The notes under the pieces were generated by a model. The model was given only the letters and a program-made list of their open reading frames with translations. It was not told where the DNA came from and did not search any database. From assembly GCA_964016885.1 (NCBI GenBank), contig OZ024758.1:37510001-37574000 (forward strand): a DNA stretch of 64,000 nucleotides. Reading direction: 5' to 3'. The stretch comes from Eledone cirrhosa. Taxonomy: Eukaryota. Made by a program: the position numbers and the translations under genes. This document shows, piece after piece, positions 55,301 through 64,000 of this stretch (position 1 is the first letter of the stretch; every line of letters begins with the position of its first letter).

Positions 55301-58300
55301 GTATTAGCTGTCAGAAGTAACTCCACTGTTGGTGAGAATTCATTTAAGTTCATGGTATTAGCTGTCAGAAGTAACTCCATTGTTGGTGAGAATTCATTTA
55401 AGTTCATGGTATTAGCTGTCAGAAGTAACTCCATTGTTGGTGAGAATTCATTTAAGTCATGGTACTAGCTGTCAGAAGTAACTCCAATGTTGGTGAGAAT
55501 TCATTTAAGTCATGGTACTAGCTGTCAGAAGTAACTCCAATGTTGGTGAGAATTCATTTAAGTTCATGGTATTAGCTGTCAGAAGTAACTCCACTGTTGG
55601 TGAGAATTCATTTAAGTTCATGGTATTAGCTGTCAGAAGGAACTCCAATGTTGGTGAGAATTCATTTAAGTCATGGTACTAGCTGTCAGAAGTAACTCCA
55701 CTGTCGGTGAGAATTCATTTAAGTTCATGGTATTAGCTGTCAGAAGGAACGCCACTGTTGGTGAGAATTCATTTAAGTTCATGGTATTAGCTGTCAGAAG
55801 TAACTCCACTGTTGGTGAGAATTCATTTAAGTTCATGGTATTAGCTGTCAGAAGTAACTCCACTGTTGGTGAGAATTCATTTAAGTTCATGGTATTAGCT
55901 GTCAGAAGTCACTCCAATGTTGGTGAGAATTCATTTAAGTTCATGGTATTAGCTGTCAGAAGTCACTCCACTGTTGGTGAGAATTCATTTAAGTTCATGG
56001 TACTAGCTGTCCGAAGTAACCCCAATGTTGGTGAGAATTCATTTAAGTTCATGGTATTAGCTGTCAGAAGTCACTCCAATGTTGGTGAGAATTCATTTAA
56101 GTTCATGGTATTAGCTGTCAGAAGTAACTCCACTGTTGGTGAGAATTCATTTAAGTTCATGGTATTAGCTGTCAGAAGTAACTCCACTGTTGGTGAGAAT
56201 TCATTTAAGTTCATGGTATTAGCTGTCAGAAGGAACTCCACTGTTGGTGAGAATTCATTTAAGTTCATGGTACTAGCTGTCAGAAGTAACTCCACTGATG
56301 GTGAGAATTCATTTAAGATCATGGTATTAGTTTGTCAGAAGTAACTCCACTGTTGGTGAGAATTCATTTAAGTCATGGTATTAGTTGTCAGAAGTAACTC
56401 CAATGTTGGTGAGAATTCATTTAAGCCATGGTACTAGCTGTCAGAAGTAACTCCAATGTTGGTGAGAATTCATTTAAGTTCATGGTATTAGCTGTCAGAA
56501 CGAACTCCACTGTTGGTGAGAATTCATTTAAGTTCATGGTATTAGCTGTCAGAAGTAACTCCACTGTTGGTGAGAATTCATTTAAGTTCAGGGTACTAGC
56601 TGTCAGAAGTAACTCCAATGTTGGTGAGAATTCGTTTAAGTTCATGGTATTAGCTGTCAGAAGGAACTCCACTGTTGGTGAGAATTCATTTAAGTTCATG
56701 GTATTAGCTGTCAGAAGTAACTCCACTGTTGGTGAGAATTCATTTAAGTCATGTTATTAGCTGTCAGAAGTAACTCCATTGTTGGTGAGAATTCATTTAA
56801 GTCATGGTACTAGCTGTCAGAAGTAACTCCAATGTTGGTGAGAATTCATTTAAGTCATGGTACTAGCTGTCAGAAGTAACTCCAATGTTGGTGAGAATTC
56901 ATTTAAGTTCATGGTATTAGCTGTCAGAAGGAACTCCACTGTTGGTGAGAATTCATTTAAGTTCATGGTATTAGCTGTCAGAAGTAACACCACTGTTGGT
57001 GAGAATTCATTTAAGTTCATGGTACTAGCTGTCAGAAGTAACTCCAATGTTGGTGAGAATTCATTTAAGTTCATGGTATTAGCTGTCAGAAGTAACTCCA
57101 CTGTTGGTGAGAATTCATTTAAGTCATGGTATTAGCTGTCAGAAGTAACTCCAATGTTGGTGAGAATTCATTTAAGTTCATGGTATTAGCTGTCAGAAGT
57201 AACTCCACTGTTGGTGAGAATTCATTTAAGTTCATGGTATTAGCTGTCAGAAGTAACTCCACTGTTGGTGAGAATTCATTTAAGTTCATGGTACTAGCTG
57301 TCAGAAGTAACTCCAATGTTGGTGAGAATTCATTTAAGCCATGGTACTAGCTGTCAGAAGTAACTCCAATGTTGGTGAGAATTCATTTAAGTTCATGGTA
57401 TTAGCTGTCAGAACGAACTCCACTGTTGGTGAGAATTCATTTAAGTTCATGGTATTAGCTGTCAGAAGTAACTCCACTGTTGGTGAGAATTCATTTAAGT
57501 TCAGGGTACTAGCTGTCAGAAGTAACTCCAATGTTGGTGAGAATTCGTTTAAGTTCATGGTATTAGCTGTCAGAAGGAACTCCACTGTTGGTGAGAATTC
57601 ATTTAAGTTCATGGTATTAGCTGTCAGAAGTAACTCCACTGTTGGTGAGAATTCATTTAAGTCATGTTATTAGCTGTCAGAAGTAACTCCATTGTTGGTG
57701 AGAATTCATTTAAGTCATGGTACTAGCTGTCAGAAGTAACTCCAATGTTGGTGAGAATTCATTTAAGTCATGGTACTAGCTGTCAGAAGTAACTCAAATG
57801 TTGGTGAGAATTCATTTAAGTTCATGGTATTAGCTGTCAGAAGGAACTCCACTGTTGGTGAGAATTCATTTAAGTTCATGGTATTAGCTGTCAGAAGTAA
57901 CTCCACTGTTGGTGAGAATTCATTTAAGTTCATGGTACTAGCTGTCAGAAGTAACTCCAATGTTGGTGAGAATTCATTTAAGTTCATGGTATTAGCTGTC
58001 AGAAGTAACTCCACTGTTGGTGAGAATTCATTTAAGTCATGGTATTAGCTGTCAGAAGTAACTCCAATGTTGGTGAGAATTCATTTAAGTTCATGGTATT
58101 AGCTGTCAGAAGTAACTCCACTGTTGGTGAGAATTCATTTAAGTTCATGGTATTAGCTGTCAGAAGTAACTCAATGTTGGTGAGAATTCATTTAAGTTCA
58201 TGGTACTAGCTGTCAGAAGTAACTCCACTGTTGGTGAGAATTCATTTAAGTCATGGTATTAGCTGTCAGAAGTAACTCCAATGTTGGTGAGAATTCATTT

Positions 58301-61300
58301 AAGTTCATGGTATTAGCTGTCAGAAGTAACTCCACTGTTGGTGAGAATTCATTTAAGTTCATGGTACTAGCTGTCAGAAGTAACTCCAATGTTGGTGAGA
58401 ATTCATTTAAGTTCATGGTATTAGCTGTCAGAAGTAACTCCACTGTTGGTGAGAATTCATTTAAGTCATGGTATTAGCTGTCAGAAGTAACTCCAATGTT
58501 GGTGAGAATTCATTTAAGTTCATGGTATTAGCTGTCAGAAGTAACTCCACTGTTGGTGAGAATTCATTTAAGTTCATGGTATTAGCTGTCAGAAGTAACT
58601 CCACTGTTGGTGAGAATTCATTTAAGTTCATGGTACTAGCTGTCAGAAGTAACTCCACTGTTGGTGAGAATTCATTTAAGTTCATGCTATTAGTTTGTCA
58701 GAAGTAACTCCACTGTTGGTGAGAATTCATTTAAGTCATGGTATTAGTTGTCAGAAGTAACTCCAATGTTGGTGAGAATTCATTTAAGTTCATGGTACTA
58801 GCTGTCAGAAGTAAATCCACTGTTGGTGAGAATTCATTTAAGTTCATGGTATTAGCTGTCAGAAGTAACTCCACTGTTGGTGAGAATTCATTTAAGTCAT
58901 GGTATTAGCTGTCAGAAGTAACTCCACTGTTGGTGAGAATTCATTTAAGTTCATGGTACTAGCTGTCGGAAGTCACTCCACTGTTGGTGAGAATACATTT
59001 AAGTTCATGGTATTAGCTGTCAGAAGTCACTCCAATGTTGGTGAGAATTCATTTAAGTTCATGGTATTAGCTGTCAGAAGTAACTCCACTGTTGGTGAGA
59101 ATTCATTTAAGTTCATGGTATTAGCTGTCAGAAGTAACTCCACTGTTGGTGAGAATTCATTTAAGTTCATGGTATTAGCTGTCAGAAGTAACTCCATTGT
59201 TGGTGAGAATTCATTTAAGTCATGGTACTAGCTGTCAGAAGTAACTCCAATGTTGGTGAGAATTCATTTAAGTCATGGTACTAGCTGTCAGAAGTAACTC
59301 CAATGTTGGTGAGAATTCATTTAAGTTCATGGTATTAGCTGTCAGAAGTAACTCCACTGTTGGTGAGAATTCATTTAAGTTCATGGTATTAGCTGTCAGA
59401 AGGAACTCCAATGTTGGTGAGAATTCATTTAAGTCATGGTACTAGCTGTCAGAAGTAACTCCACTGTCGGTGAGAATTCATTTAAGTTCATGGTATTAGC
59501 TGTCAGAAGTCTCTCCAATGTTGGTGAGAATTCATTTAAGTTCATGGTATTAGCTGTCAGAAGTCACTCCACTGTTGGTGAGAATTCATTTAAGTTCATG
59601 GTACTAGCTGTCCGAAGTAACCCCAATGTTGGTGAGAATTCATTTACGTTCATGGTATTAGCTGTCAGAAGTCACTCCAATGTTGGTGAGAATTCATTTA
59701 AGTTCATGGTATTAGCTGTCAGAAGTAACTCCACTGTTGGTGAGAATTCATTTAAGTTCATGGTATTAGCTGTCAGAAGTAACTCCACTGTTGGTGAGAA
59801 TTCATTTAAGTTCATGGTATTAGCTGTCAGAAGGAACTCCACTGTTGGTGAGAATTCATTTAAGTTCATGGTACTAGCTGTCAGAAGTAACTCCACTGTT
59901 GGTGAGAATTCATTTAAGATCATGGTATTAGTTTGTCAGAAGTAACTCCACTGTTGGTGAGAATTCATTTAGGTCATGGTATTAGTTGTCAGAAGTAACT
60001 CCAATGTTGGTGAGAATTCATTTAAGCCATGGTACTAGCTGTCAGAAGTAACTCCAATGTTGGTGAGAATTCATTTAAGTTCATGGTATTAGCTGTCAGA
60101 ACGAACTCCACTGTTGGTGAGAATTCATTTAAGTTCATGGTATTAGCTGTCAGAAGTAACTCCACTGTTGGTGAGAATTCATTTAAGTTCAGGGTACTAG
60201 CTGTCAGAAGTAACTCCAATGTTGGTGAGAATTCGTTTAAGTTCATGGTATTAGCTGTCAGAAGGAACTCCACTGTTGGTGAGAATTCATTTAAGTTCAT
60301 GGTATTAGCTGTCAGAAGTAACTCCACTGTTGGTGAGAATTCATTTAAGTCATGTTATTAGCTGTCAGAAGTAACTCCATTGTTGGTGAGAATTCATTTA
60401 AGTCATGGTACTAGCTGTCAGAAGTAACTCCAATGTTGGTGAGAATTCATTTAAGTCATGGTACTAGCTGTCAGAAGTAACTCCAATGTTGGTGAGAATT
60501 CATTTAAGTTCATGGTATTAGCTGTCAGAAGGAACTCCACTGTTGGTGAGAATTCATTTAAGTTCATGGTACTAGCTGTCAGAAGTAACTCCAATGTTGG
60601 TGAGTATTCATTTAAGTTCATGGTATTAGCTGTCAGAAGTAACTCCACTGTTGGTGAGAATTCATTTACGTCATGGTATTAGCTGTCAGAAGTAACTCCA
60701 ATGTTGGTGAGAATTCATTTAAGTTCATGGTATTAGCTGTCAGAATTAACTCCAATGTTGCTGAGAATTCATTTAAGTTCATGGTATTAGCTGTCAGAAG
60801 GAACTCCACTGTTGCTGAGAATTCATTTAAGTTCATGGTATTAGCTGTCAGAAGTAACTCCACTGTTGGTGAGAATTCATTTAAGTTCATGGTACTAGCT
60901 GTCAGAAGTAACTCCACTGTTGGTGAGAATTCATTTAAGTTCATGGTATTAGCTGTCAGAAGTCACTCCAATGTTGGTGAGAATTCATTTAAGTTCATGG
61001 TATTAGCTGTCAGAAGTCACTCCACTGTTGGTGAGAATTCATTTAAGCTCATGGTACTAGCTGTCAGAAGTAACCCCAATGTTGGTGAGAATTCATTTAA
61101 GTTCATGGTATTAGCTGTCAGAAGTCACTCCAATGTTGGTGAGAATTCATTTAAGTTCATGGTATTAGCTGTCAGAAGTAACTCCACTGTTGGTGAGAAT
61201 TCATTTAAGTTCATGGTATTAGCTGTCAGAAGTAACTCCACTGTTGGTGAGAATTCATTTAAGTTCATGGTATTAGCTGTCAGAAGGAACTCCACTGTTG

Positions 61301-64000
61301 GTGAGAATTCATTTAAGTTCATGGTACTAGCTGTCAGAAGTAACTCCACTGTTGGTGAGAATTCATTTAAGTTCATGGTATTAGTTTGTCAGAAGTAACT
61401 CCACTGTTGGTGAGAATTCATTTAAGTCATGGTATTAGTTGTCAGAAGTAACTCCAATGTTGGTGAGAATTCATTTAAGCCATGGTACTAGCTGTCAGAA
61501 GTAACTCCAATGTTGGTGAGAATTCATTTAAGTTCATGGTATTAGCTGTCAGAACGAACTCCACTGTTGGTGAGAATTCATTTAAGTGCATGGTATTAGC
61601 TGTCAGAAGTAACTCCACTGTTGGTGAGAATTCATTTAAGTTCATGGTACTAGCTGTCAGAAGTAACTCCACTGTTGGTGAGAATTCATTTAAGTTCATG
61701 GTATTAGTTTGTCAGAAGTACCTCCACTGTTGGTGAGAATTCATTTAAGTCATGGTATTAGTTGTCAGAAGTAACTCCAATGTTGGTGAGAATTCATTTA
61801 AGTTCATGGTATTAGCTGTCAGAAGGAACTCCACTGTTGGTGAGAATTCATTTAAGTTCATGGTATTAGCTGTCAGAAGGAACTCCAATGTTGGTGAGAA
61901 TTCATTTAAGTCATGGTACTAGCTGTCAGAAGTAACTCCACTGTTGGTGAGAATTCATTTAAGTTCATGGTATTAGCTGTCAGAAGGAACTCCACTGTTG
62001 GTGAGAATTCATTTAAGTTCATGGTATTAGCTGTCAGAAGTAACTCCACTGTTGGTGAGAATTCATTTAAGTTCATGGTACTAGCTGTCAGAAGTAACTC
62101 CAATGTTGGTGAGAATTCATTTAAGTTCATGGTATTAGCTGTCAGAAGTAACTCCACTGTTGGTGAGAGTTCATTTAAGTCATGGTATTAGCTGTCAGAA
62201 GTAACTCCAATGTTGGTGAGAATTCATTTAAGTTCATGGTATTAGCTGTCAGAAGGAACGCCACTGTTGGTGAGAATTCATTTAAGTTCATGGTATTAGC
62301 TGTCAGAAGTAACTCCACTGTTGGTGAGAATTCATTTAAGTTCATGGTACTAGCTGTCAGAAGTAACTCCAATGTTGGTGAGAATTCATTTAAGTTCATG
62401 GTATTAGCTGTCAGAAGGAACTCCACTGTTGGTGAGAATTCATTTAAGTTCATGGTATTAGCTGTCAGAAGTAACTCCACTGTTGGTGAGAATTCATTTA
62501 AGTCATGGTATTAGCTGTCAGAAGTAACTCCATTGCTGGTGAGAATTCATTTAAGTCATGGTACTAGCTGTCAGAAGTAACTCCAATGTTGGTGAGAATT
62601 CATTTAAGTCATGGTACTAGCTGTCAGAAGTAACTCCAATGTTGGTGAGAATTCATTTAAGTTCATGGTATTAGCTGTCAGAAGGAACTCCACTGTTGGT
62701 GAGAATTCATTTAAGTTCATGGTATTAGCTGTCAGAAGTAACTCCACTGTTGGTGAGAATTCATTTAAGTTCATGGTATTAGCTGTCAGAAGTAACTCCA
62801 CTGTTGGTGAGAATTCATTTAAGTTCATGGTACTAGCTGTCAGAAGTAACTCCAATGTTGGTGAGAATTCATTTAAGTTCATGGTATTAGCTGTCAGAAG
62901 TAACTCCACTGTTGGTGAGAATTCATTTAAGTCATGGTATTAGCTGTCAGAAGTAACTCCAATGTTGGTGAGAATTCATTTAAGTTCATGGTATTAGCTG
63001 TCAGAAGTAACTCCACTGTTGGTGAGAATTCATTTAAGTTCATGGTATTAGCTGTCAGAAGTAACTCCACTGTTGGTGAGAATTCATTTAAGTTCATGGT
63101 ACTAGCTGTCAGAAGTAACTCCACTGTTGGTGAGAATTCATTTAAGTTTATGCTATTAGTTTGTCAGAAGTAACTCCACTGTTGGTGAGAATTCATTTAA
63201 GTCATGGTATTAGTTGTCAGAAGTAACTCCAATGTTGGTGAGAATTCATTTAAGTTCATGGTACTAGCTGTCAGAAGTAAATCCACTGTTGGTGAGAATT
63301 CATTTAAGTTCATTGTATTAGCTGTCAGAAGTAACTCCACTGTTGGTGAGAATTCATTTAAGTCATGGTATTAGCTGTCAGAAGTAACTCCACTGTTGGT
63401 GAGAATTCATTTAAGTTCATGGTACTAGCTGTCGGAAGTCACTCCACTGTTGGTGAGAATACATTTAAGTTCATGGTATTAGCTGTCAGAAGTCACTCCA
63501 ATGTTGGTGAGAATTCATTTAAGTTCATGGTATTAGCTGTCAGAAGTAACTCCACTGTTGGTGAGAATTCATTTAAGTTCATGGTATTAGCTGTCAGAAG
63601 TAACTCCACTGTTGGTGAGAATTCATTTAAGTTCATGGTATTAGCTGTCAGAAGTAACTCCATTGTTGGTGAGAATTCATTTAAGTCATGGTACTAGCTG
63701 TCAGAAGTAACTCCAATGTTGGTGAGAATTCATTTAAGTCATGGTACTAGCTGTCAGAAGTAACTCCAATGTTGGTGAGAATTCATTTAAGTTCATGGTA
63801 TTAGCTGTCAGAAGTAACTCCACTGTTGGTGAGAATTCATTTAAGTTCATGGTATTAGCTGTCAGAAGGAACTCCAATGTTGGTGAGAATTCATTTAAGT
63901 CATGGTACTAGCTGTCAGAAGTAACTCCACTGTCGGTGAGAATTCATTTAAGTTCATGGTATTAGCTGTCAGAAGGAACGCCACTGTTGGTGAGAATTCA
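52370..64000 (+). repeat. Block duplication, offset 8229 bp (about 52370-55771 vs 60600-64000), continuing past the window end
   Basis: ORF pairs 52444/60673, 53253/61482, 53953/62182, 54705/62934 and 55136/63365. Shared variants are AAGCTCAT (C at 52819/61048), CCATTGCTGG and TTTATGCTATTAG. Confidence 0.92.
56400..58150 (+). repeat. 913-bp (17-monomer) tandem duplication
   Basis: ORF pairs 56428/57341 and 56857/57770. Shared variants are GAATTCGTTT, TTCAGGGTAC and CATGTTATTAG. Confidence 0.82.

Larger units (their letters stand above)
1..64000 (+). repeat. Satellite DNA: tandem array of a 54-bp monomer, about 1,190 copies, truncated by both window edges
   Basis: ATGGT recurs at 26, 80, 134 and onward (period 54) through to 64000. 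Units differ from the consensus at only a few sites. Length variants are -1 (AAGTCATGG, AAGCCATGG) and +1 (TAGTTTGTC). No non-repeat interruption or inversion was seen. Confidence 0.99.

Noticed and set aside
100-63124. Minus-strand ORFs of (MNLNEFSPTVELLLTANT)n
   Set aside because: They are the antisense reading of the same repeat. The common AGTCAC variant creates stops in this frame, and there is no sign of coding constraint.
26-63697. Plus-strand ORFs of (MVLAVRSNSTVGENSFKF)n, up to 362 aa at 18676-19764
   Set aside because: 54 is divisible by 3 and this frame lacks stops, so ORFs arise automatically. They are broken every few units by recurrent +1/-1 indels, most common variants are non-synonymous, and there are no unique termini or recognisable domains.
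1-64000. CRISPR-like array (constant part plus variable part)
   Set aside because: The variable half is the same sequence with a few SNPs, not unique spacers. There is no leader and there are no cas genes.
1-64000. Tandem small-RNA, tRNA, 5S or spliced-leader gene cluster, or recombination-site/cassette array
   Set aside because: No recognisable RNA fold, Pol III boxes or intervening cassettes, and no recombinase or reverse transcriptase in the window.
1-64000. Telomeric repeat, or assignment to a named satellite family (for example the short eliminated-DNA satellites of some animals)
   Set aside because: There is no G-rich telomere-type motif. Similar monomer length alone is not evidence, and I cannot match the sequence to any family without a database search.
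1-64000. Variant order as a functional 'code', or a synthetic or rolling-circle concatemer
   Set aside because: The order is explained by inherited HOR structure and nested duplications. Hierarchically shared SNPs argue against a simple concatemer artefact, although local misassembly cannot be excluded without reads.

Overview
The whole 64 kb window is one uninterrupted head-to-tail satellite array of a 54-bp monomer (consensus ATGGTATTAGCTGTCAGAAGTAACTCCACTGTTGGTGAGAATTCATTTAAGTTC; about 37% GC, CpG-free, one EcoRI site per unit). There are roughly 1,190 copies, all in one orientation, and the array runs off both ends. I see no unique sequence, genes, RNA genes, transposons or CRISPR spacers. 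The ORF track is a by-product of a 3n-length monomer that is stop-free in one frame per strand. The informative signal is the order of monomer variants: a recurring ordered module of about 11 monomers (a degenerate higher-order repeat), nested block duplications of about 0.8-8.2 kb that can be put in relative order by private SNPs, and a left/right zonation of diagnostic variants switching at about 26-30 kb. This architecture resembles eukaryotic centromeric or heterochromatic satellite, but I cannot assign the family or organism, and I found no evidence of a new gene-encoded system. Block boundaries were read by eye and from ORF offsets, so they are approximate (about one to two monomers).
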